From assembly GCA_051294375.1 (NCBI GenBank), contig CM119267.1, forward strand, positions 20,027,476 through 20,091,475: a stretch of 64,000 nucleotides of DNA, written 5' to 3'. This document shows positions 1 through 12,544 of this stretch, piece by piece (position 1 is the first letter of the stretch; each line of letters begins with the position of its first letter). The position numbers and the translations under genes were made by a program. A model generated the notes under the pieces. The model was not told the DNA's origin, did not search any database, and saw only the letters and a list, made by a program, of their open reading frames with translations. The stretch comes from Paraspadella gotoi (taxonomy: Eukaryota > Animalia > Chaetognatha).

Positions 1-856
1 TATACATTAGCATTTAAATTTCATCGGCTATGGCTACTCAAAGTATGCTTTTTCATCCTTTAGTTTAGCCGAGAGTAGGTCTCAGGGTGTTGACCCAAAT
101 TTAACACCAAGTAGTGCAATCTTATTTTTTTACCCCCCAAACATATTTTCCTAGATGTAAATGAAGCTTTTCACATTTTGGTTAAACACTTTAACATTCT
201 ATGCCTGCTAGAGGGGTTAAAGATGTTGCGGATATCACTCTTCAGCCCACGTAGTGCTTTACCCAAAAGCATGTTGCTGAAATAACCTTTTCACTGAATT
301 TACTTATTTATTATTTTCAAATGTTTTTACCCGAATATTAAGAATTCCACGTTTTCCATCTCTCTTTTTTTATAAAGGAATAGATCCAAGACTATGGTTG
401 TTTTTTATTATCTAATTGGTTGCCCAGCGTTTTTTGTTAGAACTGTTTGCTCCATCATTTACTTATCACAATTGGTATTTGTTTACCTAGTTAATGACTC
501 TATAAAAAAACCCAAGCCATCACTGCCCATGATTTTATACTTAGTCACTGCTGTTCTTTGGAAAGGTATATGTTAGTTAGAATAAAAATATTTTCTAAAT
601 GAATACAACTTTTTGAACCGCTTTTTCATATTTTTTTAAAATAGCAATTGTTCTTCCGGAGACATTTTGTCATTGGATATTGAAATTAACAAACTGGTGG
701 GCTTCAAATATTTGCTTATGCAATTTAGAGTGTTGTATGTGGGAGAACCTCCGCGATAAAAATCAGGGAGGAGTGTTTAAACATACAAATGAAGTTAATA
801 AAAAAGAAGAAGCAAAAAATATATCAAGGTTTGTACTATTTTTGTTATTTTATCAT

Positions 857-1110
857 AAACATGTTTGAGCAAACAATGTCGGATCTGCCAACGATAATTA
901 AGCAATAATAAACTAATCGATGATAAATCACGGTAATTTTTTTCTGATTTTCAATTTTTTATCTTTACAGATCATAACAAATCGACGTCTTTTTTTGCAT
1001 GATTTATCATAATTTGATGTTCTGATATGTCTTAAGTGGGGATGGACAGGCGGACCGACAAAGTGGATTATCGAGTCGGAATCTGCGATTTGCAGATCCG
1101 ACTAAAAAAA
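857..1110 (-). mobile_element. Short non-autonomous Helentron/DINE-1-like element (HINE)
   Basis: Subterminal inverted repeats GTCGGATCTGC (878-888) and GCAGATCCGAC (1092-1102), a terminal hairpin at 1074-1103, T-run termini and GTCC motifs. The same termini recur at about 1398-1430, 3731-3763, 9153-9186 and 14318-14350. Confidence 0.65.
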
Positions 1111-1552
1111 TGCTTTGATCGGATTTTACTGACATACCACATTAAGAGTCTGAAGTGTATACTATAAGATTTGATAGATTTCAGAGATGGCACTTTTATA
1201 TTTCTTTCATATCCTCTCTGCCCAACCATGATCAATTAATTTTTATAATTGCATTAATGAATGATTATCATCGCACAAATAAATGATTATCATCTCATCA
1301 ATAAATGACTAGTATCGCCTCAATGACTGTCATCCAAAAATGAATGATTATTATTGCATAATTAATTAATTAGTTAATTACCGCTAATTATTGTGGGCAG
1401 ATCCGTCATTGTTTGCTCAAACTTGTTTAATGTTTACGGTTGAACCAATTTAATAAGTCCATGAAGCTTTTCAATAAAATTTTATTTTTCCTTTTCACTT
1501 ATCACTTATTACTTATCACTTGCCCGATTCTCATAATATCTCATAATTCACT

Positions 1553-3763
1553 TTGTCGGTCCGTCGGTCCGTCCCCTCAATATTGTCGGGCACTAACTTA
1601 TATCATGTCAGAACATCGAATTATGATAATTATGCAAAAAAAAATGATATCCGTCCGTCCGTCCATCCGTCCGTCCGTCCATCCTTCCGTCCGTCCCACC
1701 TAAGCAAAAAACACCAATTACTCGTGATTGGATGGATTGATTTGAATAAAATTTTGTGTGTGGGTAGGGAAGTGTGTGATTGAGCTGGATGGAATCGTCC
1801 GAGTGGAAATGAGTTTAAATGAAAAAAAAAAATTACTATTTGAACACCAATTGCTCATTAAGGGGTGAACTTAGGTAATATTTTGCCTCATTTACTGAGC
1901 AAAGTGTTATTGAAATTGCCTAGGTAAAGAAATGAAATTAAGATAGGGAATTTCTGAATAAAAATATTTTGCTTAGATTTATTTTTAAAGATAAATAAAA
2001 CAATATATTTTCTTTTATTGTTTTAATTTCGTTATCACCTATATTTTCAATTTGTTATTACTATATTTTAAGCCAAAAAATACTTTTCCCAGATGGCATG
2101 AAATATGAGTATCAGCATTAAGTATGTAAACTACTTAGCAACTTCCAGACCCAGAACCAATAAAATTATTAAAGAAGATTAATTCATTGATAAATAAAAA
2201 AATTAACAGATAATAAAAAAATTAGTAATAACAATAAGGATGCATACATTTAAAAAGATTTGCAATGTAACGTATTCAGTTGTATCCTGATATGATTGAC
2301 AAGATTAAAAACGCGATCAAAGATGATGTAAAAATGTACACAAGACTCAAGTCGCCCAAAACTGTTTTGTTTCTTATTTAGAATGTCAAAGCTCATTAGA
2401 ATTCTTTGCAGAATATGATATGGATTACTCAATACCTCTCTAGCTGATTATATTAAAAAAATCGAGCTCGATATGGAAAGTAAATATCCTATGGATATTA
2501 TTTTCAAATAAAAAAAATCTAAAAAAATTATATTTCTATTTTTTTATCATTAACAAAGATTTTAACTCAAAGTAAAAAATGACATTTTTTAACATACTGA
2601 AAAATGTTTATCCTAATTAAAAACAACAATATAATAGACTCTAACCCTTGTCACCAAACACCAAATAACAAACACCAAACATATTCTTAGCTATTAATTT
2701 TTTTTATAAAATTATTTTATCTTTCATTAAAAATATTTGGGCTAAAACTAATTGAATTCCAATGTTGAGCAAATTAAAGTTTTATATTTGATAAAGTTTT
2801 TGTTTAAAAATTAATACCAAAAAATATCCTATTTTTTTATTTTTTTAATTTTATATGAAAATTTGCAAGATTACTTATTTCACTATCTTATATTTTTATA
2901 TTTTATGAATCTTTTACTATTTAAACTATATTATTTAATTATATATATATTAATTTTTTTAAATATTATTTAAAAAATTAATTGAAAATTAATGAAAAAA
3001 ATATGAGTCACATTTACTTGAATCTTTTTACTTATTTTTCACCAATAATAGATTGAGATGAAATTTTGTGAGCGGGTAGGAAAGTGTGTGAAGAAGCTAG
3101 ATATAAAGTTTTGACGGAATTGTGCCAGTGGAAATGAGTTTAAATGGAAAAAACATAAGTCACATTTACTTGAATCTTTATTATTTATGATTACTAATAA
3201 ATGTTTTAATTAATTAATTAAATAATATGAAAAAATGATACAATTTAAAAGAATTATGCAAGTTGAAAAAATGATGCAAGTTAAAAAAATGATGCAAGTT
3301 AAAAAAATCTTAAAAGCATAAGGATCGTCGAAATTGCAGAGAGAGAGAGAGAGAGGCAGCAGCAGAGGCCGCATGTTGAAAAAATTATGCAAGTTGAAAA
3401 AATTATACAAGTTGAAAAAATGATGCGAGTTAAAAAAATGATGCAAATTAAAAAAAATGATGCATGTTAAAAAAATGATGCAAATTTAAAAAATGATGAG
3501 AGTTGAAAAAAGTATGCAAGTTTAAAAAAATTTGCAAGTAAAAAAAATTATGCGAGTTGAAAAAATTATGCAAGTTAAAAAAAATATGCGAGTTTGAAAA
3601 ATGATGCAAGTAAAAAAAATTATGCAAGTGGAAAAAATAATAATAGTTAAAAAAATTATTTTTACTTTATTTGTAATTATTTCTACTATAGTATTTATTT
3701 ATTTAGCTGATTACCCCTTAATTATCGTGAGCAGATCCGACATTGTTTGCTCAAACTTGTTTC
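1553..3763 (+). mobile_element. Helentron/DINE-like composite element with (GTCC)n microsatellite and an 18-19 bp minisatellite
   Basis: (GTCC)n at 1652-1697. The body is shared in inverted orientation with 13200-14350, and about 1862-2335 recurs inverted at 16733-17205. The 3' end is GCAGATCCGACATTGTTTGCTCAAACTTGTT. Confidence 0.55.
3240..3660 (+). repeat. Minisatellite, 18-19 bp unit (AAAAATGATGCAAGTTGA-like)
   Basis: Many degenerate tandem units are directly visible. Confidence 0.9.
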
Positions 3764-4108
3764 CTTCTAAAAACTTTTATTATCACCATTTATTGCGCGT
3801 TTTTTTCTCAATACAAAATCCCAAATTTACATCCGAGATTTTCGCTGATTTATTTTACGGCTCTGAGATTTAGTCAGAATACATTTTATGTTTGGAGACA
3901 AAGTTCGTATACTCTGTCTCTGTCTCTCTCCGTCTCTCTCTCTCTCTCACTCATACACTCGTTTGTTTGTTTTATTTATGATGAATCATCGCATCAATAA
4001 TTGGTTATCATCACATCAATAATTGGTTATCATCGCATCAATAATCAATTCTTATTACATCAATAAATTACTATTACATTAATCAATTACTATTACATCA
4101 ATTAATTA

Positions 4109-4658
4109 CAGGGGTGGGAACATATAGTGAGGTAAGTAAGGTTCGGGTAAGTTACTATTATAGTCCAATTTTTATTAAAACTGACCTTTATTTAAATTAA
4201 TTATGTAAATTAATCATGTCAGATTCCAGAATACATGATAAAAGGGTCAAGTCAGCAAAAAATACATAAAGTATTTGACGATTTAAGCTTATTCCTTAAA
4301 ATCTTCTTAAAATTTTGTTTTACTGACCTTATAGAAGTTTAAATGGATGGTTATGAAAATCTGAAATTAGAAGAAATTAGAGAGAAGACATACAACTATC
4401 ATATTCAGAAACGACCACTGAAAAATATTAATAAGTATGACTTTTATACTATGCAATGTAAGGTGCGCGTATAAAAATGACTAAATGATTTGAAAACATC
4501 CACAACGCCCTGTAGTTGTTTAAAATTTGTTTTTGTTTCATTGCATATGAAAGTAAAAAGACAGAAAAATCTTTTGGCACCTATTTTATTATTGTATCTA
4601 AAATCGTTCAGACAGGGCAGGACGTTAAGTTTTGTCTCGATATATGGTCCGACCCCTG
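4109..4658. mobile_element. Tc1/mariner-type MITE
   Basis: Imperfect TIRs of about 23 bp: CAGGGGTGGGAACATATAGTGAG on the left and, as reverse complement of the right end, CAGGGGTCGGACCATATATCGAG. TA flanks both sides. It interrupts a TACTATTACATCAAT tandem array. No transposase ORF. Confidence 0.75.
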
Positions 4659-5397
4659 TACTATTACATCAATAATTCATTATCGCATCATTCATTCGTT
4701 TTTTTTTCCCGGATTTATTCATTAATTTTCTTTGATAGTGGGGTCTGGCTCGATCATGAGTCTTTTATAATTTTTTTTAAACCACTCCATATTTTGATCA
4801 TTCTTTATTAATTCCTATCTCAGATCTTACCATCGACATGATACAGAGAAACAAAGCTGTTCATATTCAAAAAATGATAATATTACCAAGTTACCAGAGG
4901 AGATACCCAGAGCAAAAAATACTTCTGTAAAAGACTTCATAAATTCTGAAACTCTGATTAAAAGCGAACAAGATAACAGGTGGTTTACGTTGTTGTGACT
5001 TAAAAAATATTCAACTTTTTTGACCCAATAGTTTCGCGAGTACTCGCGTGCCAACTCACTTTTTGGTCGGTTGGTCCATTTGTCAGTGCCTAAATGTAAG
5101 TCTATCTCACTTTCGTTTTAAATTCTCTTAACTTAATTAATACTGAAGAATTTTGAGTGGAAATGATTAGGTACTGTAGGATGCGTAAGGATTTATACTT
5201 TATACTCAATTACTCATGCAGTCATACTATAAGATGAATCATGTTATTTTTAGTCAATATAGTTATTATTTTTCAGAAAGGTAAGTATCATTAAACACTA
5301 CTTGTAAATATATTTTATACTAAAAGGTCTTGTATTGTGACATTTATCATGTATTTTTTGATGCGATAATCTTTCTTTTTTGTTGCTTTTAATTTTA

Positions 5398-5600
5398 GAG
5401 AAAGCAAAGTGTTTTTAGTCGGANNNNNNNNNNAACTTGTTTAATTTATAACAACGATTTTATTTTAATTAAGAGATGGACATGTTTCGGCTTGTAGACT
5501 CAAATGCTGATGAAGGCTTGAAGTCTACAAGCCGAAACATGTCCATCTCTTAATTAAAATAAAAATCGTTGTAATAATTTCAAAAACACTTTGCTTTCTC
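5398..5600. mobile_element. Penelope-like element terminal remnant in inverted arrangement
   Basis: 5451-5500 is the near-perfect reverse complement of 5522-5572, and 5398-5417 pairs with 5582-5600. It contains the hammerhead. The left arm is interrupted at the N gap by HINE-like termini. Confidence 0.7.
5502..5548 (+). ncRNA. Minimal type I hammerhead ribozyme, Penelope-like element type
   Basis: CTGATGA (5507-5513), stem II GGCTTG/CAAGCC, GAAA (5534-5537), palindromic stem III ACATGT, GTC cleavage triplet, and stem I AAATG/CATCT with one mismatch. Confidence 0.85.
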
Positions 5601-5647
5601 ATGTATTTTTTAAATAAATCCATGTAAAGAAAATAGTCAATTTAGGA

Positions 5648-5838
5648 TCGTCACTTCCAGATCATCACTTCCCGATAATCACTTCCCGTTCATCACTTCC
5701 TGATAATCTCTCCCCGATCGACTCCCAATATTCTTTTCGCAGACGTCACTTCCCGATCTTCACTTCTGAATTATCACTTCTTTATAGTCACTTCCCTAGA
5801 GTCAATTCTTGAATATAACTTCATCACTTCACTTCACT
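5648..5838 (+). repeat. Minisatellite, about 14 bp unit with ATCACTTCC core
   Basis: Tandem degenerate TCACTTCC units. Confidence 0.8.
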
Positions 5839-7123
5839 ATTTTTAATTTATAATTTTAAATTAAAAATAAAGGATGTGAGTAATAAAAATACTATTGTAT
5901 GACTAATGATTATTTAATATTAATAACGATAAATTGATGCATTGAGTTTTGATATACCTTCTTCAAGAGATAGACTTATCATTCAAAGTATAATAAAATT
6001 TATTTTATCTATTTTGCATTGTTGGGATTATTTCTTTCGTTGCGTTTGAATGTTTAAATATGGCTCTCTGTTTAAATTTTAAAAGCTTTTTGAGGACAAA
6101 CTTTTCTTTAATATGAAAGTAAAAACATAGTAAAGAATATGAGCATTTTTTTTGTCACTCAACACTGAACAATATCAGGACATTTACATCTCTGCAAGAG
6201 ATTGAATTTCAAGCTTCAGGAATTGAAATTTCTGAGGCCAGCAAAACAAAAGTGAAAAAATTACCAAACCTTGCTGATACAGAAAAAGAAGCTATGAGGA
6301 ACAACATTAATTTTTCTGGCAAGCGTTCAAATACAGCTTCGGCAGACTCAATAACTGTTTCCAAAATTTTTTTTTTAAAAACTGATTCACTCAATGAAAC
6401 AATAAACCGCACTCAGCTACAAGCTGTTCTCGATAAAGAACTAGAAGTAAACAAAAAAAAACAGAAAGGCTCCAGAAAAAGTCGATGTTGCCAATGGGCT
6501 CATGTTCATCTCAATTTTATTATATTGTGGTGGGCTGCTTCTCCCTTTATCGGCTTAATGCAGGTTTCAGATTAATTTTACATTTTATTTCAGAATTATG
6601 ACAATGATCATTTGAGCAAAAAATACTGGTTTTGCTCTCGATCATTTAGCAGTAAGCAGCTAATCAGATTATAAGGTCAAATTAATCTTAAATTTATTTA
6701 TTTACTCTAATCTACTAACAATATTTATAATTTTTAATATTTTTAATAATTATTATTTTTTCTACCTTAATTGCCTCAGTCTTATTGCCCTAATACATTG
6801 ATTATTTTTTAATAAATTGCTGTCCTAAAAGACATTGTTCCTTATCCTTTTTTACATTTTTTACAATCTTGTCGGGCATTCACTTAGATCATATCAAAAC
6901 ATCAAATTATGATAAATTATGCCTTGTGTCGATTTCCTTTCTTTTCGTTGTGTCTGAAATTTAAAGAAAAAAGTTTGATTTGTATTTTCGACAACGATTT
7001 TGTTTAATTACATTAATTACATTAAACGGTATGGAGGACTTTTTAGGTCATGTTTCGACTTAATTTATAAGTCTTCTTCAGCGTTTGACAGATTGTGAAT
7101 TTTCCTTATGCACAAAAATTTTA

Positions 7124-7187
<64 letters not shown>

Positions 7188-7761
7188 AATAGAGGGAGGG
7201 CAAAGTTTCCAACGATGCTTCTCCCTCAAACATAGCAGCTCAATCCTTCTCTCTGTGAAGTGAGCGCCGCCCAAAACGACGGCTACAGGAGGAGGGGGCA
7301 AGAACGGACAGCCGACCGCCTCGCAAGCAGGCGAGAAGAGGGCAGTCGGCAGGCGTAACAGGCCAGAGAGATATTCGAGTAACCTTGAGCACAAGGAAGC
7401 CTTCCTTGTGCCGCACAAAAAAAAAAACAAAAAAAAACTCGACGACACTGTCTTCTCAGCCACTGACTCGTCAATGACCCTACACCATCATTCAGACTCT
7501 TCATTTGAAAAAAACAAAGGGGGCCAGCTCATTTTGAGCTCTCTCTTAATTCTTAAACTTTCACTTTATCAATTATCCCTCACCAAACTTAAATTTCAAA
7601 TATTCTCCTTTCCAATTTCAAAAATTTCCTTTTCAAATTAATTAATTTATTAATAGTTAATTGTTATTATTATTTCAGCTTACACAATTTTATACTATTT
7701 GTACATTGCACAATGTATCATTTAAAATCATATATTACTTGACAAAATCTTGTTAAATCAA

Positions 7762-7812
7762 TTTTGCACTGATGAAGACTCGAAAAAACAGAGTCAAAAC
7801 TTGTTCAATAAA
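7762..7812 (+). ncRNA. Degenerate Penelope-type hammerhead ribozyme
   Basis: CTGATGA-A-GACTC-loop-GAGTC-AAAAC, with the conserved G of GAAA replaced by A, followed by AATAAA. Confidence 0.5.
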
Positions 7813-7917
7813 ATCAAAAACGTTATATCGAATAAAAACTCTTCTACTTTGAAAATCATTCACAAACAACGAACAGAAGGGCAATTAAGCAGATAAATTA
7901 TGCCCAAAAAATTATTT

Positions 7918-9186
7918 CCGTCCGTCCGTCTGTCCGTTCGTCCGTCCATCTGTCCTGTCGGTAAATCATTATTATCATATCAGAACCTCGAATTATGATA
8001 ATTATGCAACATTGATGTCCGTCCGTTCTGTCCGTCCCACCTTAGCAAAAAACTCGTGATGGATGGATGGTTTGGAATTAAATTTGTTTTGTGGTAGGGA
8101 AGTGTGTTGATTGAGCTGGACAATTAAGTTTCGATGAATTCGTGCCAAATGGAAATGAATAAAATTCGGCTGTGCGGGTAGGAAAGTATGAAATCAAGCT
8201 GGATATAAATTATTGATGGAATCGTTGGGGTGGAAAAGAGTTTAAAACAGAAAACCAAAAGACACGTTTATTTCAAAGTTTGATTGATTGATTGATTGAT
8301 TAACCAAATTATGCCAGTTGACTAAATCATGGCGGTTGACTAAATTATGCCAGTTGATCAAATTACGTCAATTGACCAAATTATGCCGGTTCACCAAATT
8401 ATGCAGTTAAGCAAATTATGTCAGTTGACCAAATTATGCCAGTTGACCAAATTATGCCAGTTGATAAAATCATGCCTGTTGACCAAATTATGCCTGTTGA
8501 CTAAATTATACCAGTTGACTATTTTATGTCAGTTAACCAATGCCAGTTGACCAAATAATGCAATTAAATTAAATTATTATTAAATTTTAAATTAATTTAT
8601 TAGATTAAATTATGCAAGTTGATTGAATTATGCAAGTTGACCAAATTATGCCAGTTGCCAAATTATGCCAGTTGACCAAATTATGTCAGTTGACCAAATT
8701 ATGCCAGTTGACTAAATTATGCCAGTTGAACAAATTACGTCACTTGTCTAAACTACATCAGTTGACCAATTTATGCCAGTTGACCAAATTATGCCAATTA
8801 ACCAAATTATGCCTGTTGACCATATTATGCCAATTGACCAAATTACGCCTGTTTACCAAATTATGCCAGATGACCTAATTAATATGTCAGTTGACCAAAT
8901 CATGGCAGTAGATTAAATTATCCAAGTTGATTAAATTATTCAAGTTGATTAAATTATTCAAGTTGACCAAATTATGCAAGTTGGTATTGGCACAGCTACT
9001 GGTAATGATTTGATAGACAATGATTTATAGATTTTTTCATAGATTTATTTAGAAGTTGTTATGATTTGTTTATTATGATCACAAATTGAGAGTCAGAAGA
9101 AATTCACCATGATTTAACATCGGATTAGCTTATTACCGCTTAATTATCATAGGCAGATCCGATATTGTTTGCTCAAAACTTGTTTT
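7918..9186 (+). mobile_element. Helentron/DINE-like element copy with 18-bp minisatellite
   Basis: (GTCC)n start, body shared with 1553-1830, and family 3' terminus at 9153-9186. Confidence 0.6.
8300..8982 (+). repeat. Minisatellite, 18 bp unit GACCAAATTATGCCAGTT
   Basis: Roughly 30 or more tandem units. It explains the LCQLTK-repeat ORFs. Confidence 0.95.
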
Positions 9187-10619
9187 AACCATAACCCAAT
9201 TTTCCTTTTGCAGTCGACGTTTAGATTCTGATTACTCGCTGTCAAATGGATTTATTGATCCATGCTATTCATTAAAGAAAACAACTCCCAACCAGTAATG
9301 TGCAGGCCTTACCAATATATACTGAATTGGAAAAAGGTGAGATATAACATACAGATCATATAAAATAAATAAGATATATATTATAACATATACATAAAGA
9401 ATCTATATAATATAATATACCATGAATTATTTTTTCAAGGAAGTCCAAAATTATTATCATTGCGCGCATATCGATAGTAAAATGAAGGAAGATGAAAATT
9501 TGATGAAACAGTGGCCCATGATGAATCATGTCTCTTTTGACATTTATGTGGATTGGATGGCTTTAAAACAGCCACTGTGGCTTCGTTTTAGAATTCATAA
9601 CAATATCATCCTTGAAGTCCTAGATTATTTAAACATTCCCGACATAATCCTGGGTATGTTTTTTTTACATTTAAAAAAAAATAAATTTATTATTCGTACT
9701 ATACACAACCAATAGTTGTTAACTACAAGGCAGTGTGACATCAGAGAGCAATACTACTTTAGATAGCAAAGAATTATATGATCTAATTGAGGCGACTTCT
9801 CAGGTCTGCTCTCTTACTTCCTCATAATGTTCCATCATCAAGAGCTTAGTGGCAATATCTTAATCATTCCTACTTATAAAAGAATACTTGTTTGCATTCA
9901 GAAAAAAATGTTTCTCCTGCACCTGATTACGCCTCTCTATTCCTTCATTTCTTTTAATAAGGTCATCCACAGGGATGGGAATCAAAATTTCAAAAATTCG
10001 CATTGTTTCATCACTTTATCTTTTTCTGACACATCGTGCAGATTTAAATGAAAAAGTTATATGAAAAATACTTTATCAGGCCTTGTGGTAACTCTTTATG
10101 CAATGCGACAAGCTTTACTGCAAATAGTACTCCTGTCACAGCACCCAAAAGAATCACAGCTGCTCTGCAAAAATATTATACTAGGATATTTTGGTTGAAA
10201 GTAAGATGGTCCCCCCTTTATAACGCCCTACTTTTAGGGGAATCAGCTTTAAAAGTAATGAAGGCCGTAAAAGCTTTGAATAAAAAATCTAGGTACTGTG
10301 GCGGATCCTAAATTCTCCTCCCATATAGCTTGGTGCAACTCAGCATGTCCCATTGGCTTGGACAGCTAAGTACTCGTTCACCAACTTTGAGTTCTGGGTT
10401 AAAAAAGTTGCGGATAGCACTCTTCAGCCCACTTCGCAACTTATCCAAAAAGCTAATATTAAATATTTTCTAAATTTGATTCCCATCCTTGTAAGAATAT
10501 GACACAAAAAATATAAAAGCTCTGTAACTAACAAAGGTGAATAAAGTTTTATTGATGGCGCAATAACATAACAAATTCTGTTTGTTTTCATGGGTATCCT
10601 CATCTCATGTCTCAAGTTC

Positions 10620-10950
10620 TGGTTGAATAATTTAAGTAAGTAGACAGAGATTTCAACATGAAACCAAAGTGGATTTTATTTCTCAATAACAAGGCAAAAA
10701 ACGGTGTGAGACAGATGAAATCAAATGTGGATACAATCAGTATTTATACATTGCAATGGGATCATCGACACGGGCTCTCTTTCCCGATGGCATGAAGCCC
10801 CTCTTCTCATTGGTTCATTCCGATGACGGCTCAACCAATCAGAGAGTCCTTGGTTGATTTCACCCGAGTCGCCGATACCGGTTTGATACCTATTTAAATT
10901 CCGATTTGATTTCGATTCCGTTTCTTGATTCCGATTCCACCTTCGATGCG
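10620..10950 (-). mobile_element. 3' LTR of an LTR retroelement (about 330 bp)
   Basis: On the minus strand it is immediately preceded by the polypurine tract GAGGAGGGGGGGA (10951-10963). It contains CCAAT, TATAAATA (10741-10748) and AATAAA (10675-10680) in that order and ends in CA. It starts CG rather than TG. Confidence 0.7.
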
Positions 10951-10981
10951 TCCCCCCCTCCTCAGACGACGGCGGACGTGG

Positions 10982-12097
10982 TCAGTCGGTAGCTGGAGTT
11001 GGGGGTGAGATAGGCACAAGGATCCGGCTTTGGGCTTGTTCCCAGGTAATTGCTGGTCTCAGTGCTGCTCTGAGATTTCCGAGCGGGCAGCAACAGCAGC
11101 AGACCAGCAGCAATATTGCAATAATGCTGGCGGCGGCGACGATGAAAGGTTCGCCGCATCCGTCAGCCAGTTCCATTTTGGCAATTCTCCGAAAATTTTT
11201 CTCATTGTTGCGTGGGGAGTTCCTCTTACGATTTTGCCGATGTGTTCCCTGCAGCTTTGTTGTTCTCTGGCGTATTTCTCGTGGTGTTTGAGGAATTCTC
11301 CTATCTTCATGTAAAGTTCGTCTTCTGTGGAGTTGAGGTCGTTTTCTTCTGGGAGATTAGCTGTTATTCTCTTGTATTTAATTTGCTGTTCGCCTTTTGT
11401 TGTTTGGTATTTTTCTTTCATAGAGTATATATTGGGGAGGACGAGCAGATTGTTTTTGTTGACGATGTGATGACGTGATGGTAGGTTGCACGTCGGAAAT
11501 CGTTTTCGCCACGAAAAGAGATTGGTAGGTCGTGGTAACACTCTTTGGTTTTTCTTACGAGTGCCAACGTTTGGTCGCATCGGTCGGTCAGCAGCAGATC
11601 GCCCCTGATTACGGCGACTAAGCCTCTTTTTATGAAGGCCGTTGATGTATGGTTTGTGTGGGCGATTATTGCCGCCTTCCTTGCTTCTGCGATTTTTAGG
11701 TCGCAGATTTCTCTTGGAGGGCTTTGGTTAGGGATTCCAGGCTGGCCTGGTTTTTCTGGGCCAGCTCTGATCCCTTTTCCCTGAGTGCGAGGATGAGTTT
11801 TTCGTCTTTGTCTTTGTTTAGGTCTTTCGTTATTTCCTCCGTGAAGAAAAAATTGGCGGAGTTCGTAGCTTCGACTTCAATTTCGAAATCTGGGATGTTT
11901 ATTTTTTTTGTTCGCGAGTCGCAACGTGAATAGTACTTTTTGATCAGCTTCGCATCGTTCGTAATTATCTGATGTTTCCGGGCTGATGAAGTTGCTGAGA
12001 CAGGCTTTCCTGTCGTGAGACTTCTTTTCACTGCTGGGCTATCTTTGCAGGGCGTTTTTCCGCCCCTGAGTTTGCAGGTGCTTAAGTCGCAATGCAA
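10982..12097 (-). pseudogene. Decayed gB-like / chuvirus-type envelope glycoprotein gene of an LTR retroelement (C-terminal part)
   Basis: Reading through the TAA at 11696 gives RGLVAVIRGDLLLTDRCDQTLALVRKTKECYHDLPISFRGENDF...KTICS, matching the G-x-A-x3-G-[ED]-x6-C-x9-T-x2-CY-x-[ED]LP signature. After frameshifts comes a TM helix, FIVAAASIIAILLLV, plus CCCCC, ending just before the PPT and LTR. Confidence 0.72.
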
Positions 12098-12544
12098 GAT
12101 AAAAGCTAAAAGGGAGTTTCAGCCTACTTTACCCAATATTATCAATTATGCAGCCATTTGGTACTCAGAAGGTTCAGTTACAATGTGAAGGACCGTGAGA
12201 AGATTAACAAGGTCCAATGGTTGAAAAAATTGAAAAAAATATGAAAAAAAGTGTGACAAAATTTTTTACTATGTGTTTTCGAAATTATGGTACTGTCACA
12301 AAATGGTTTAAAAACGCATTTTTAATACATATTCTGTTAGAGCAGACCAAGCCCTTACCTCTACATATTTTTTGCGAGAATTTTGAATCAAGGCTTGTTC
12401 ATAATCAATTAATAAATCAGAAATTTGGACTGACAAACAGGTTTCTACTTTTTATCAAATATTTTACTTTTTTGCACTGATGTCTTTGTTATGAAAAAAA
12501 AAATGGAGGTAGTAGTCTTAAAAAAGACTTTCTTGTTTGTTAAT

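Noticed and set aside
6252-6675. Possible THAP or transposase exons (FCSRSF)
   Set aside because: The conserved His is absent and no supporting motifs or continuous frame were found.
8347-8878. ORFs of repeated LCQLTK
   Set aside because: They are translations of an 18-bp minisatellite inside a transposon.
3240-8982. CRISPR-like arrays
   Set aside because: The repeats are head-to-tail without unique spacers, the context is eukaryotic and there are no cas genes.
9213-9740. Small plus-strand spliced gene
   Set aside because: Splice-like signals are present, but the frame stops quickly and no domain was recognised.
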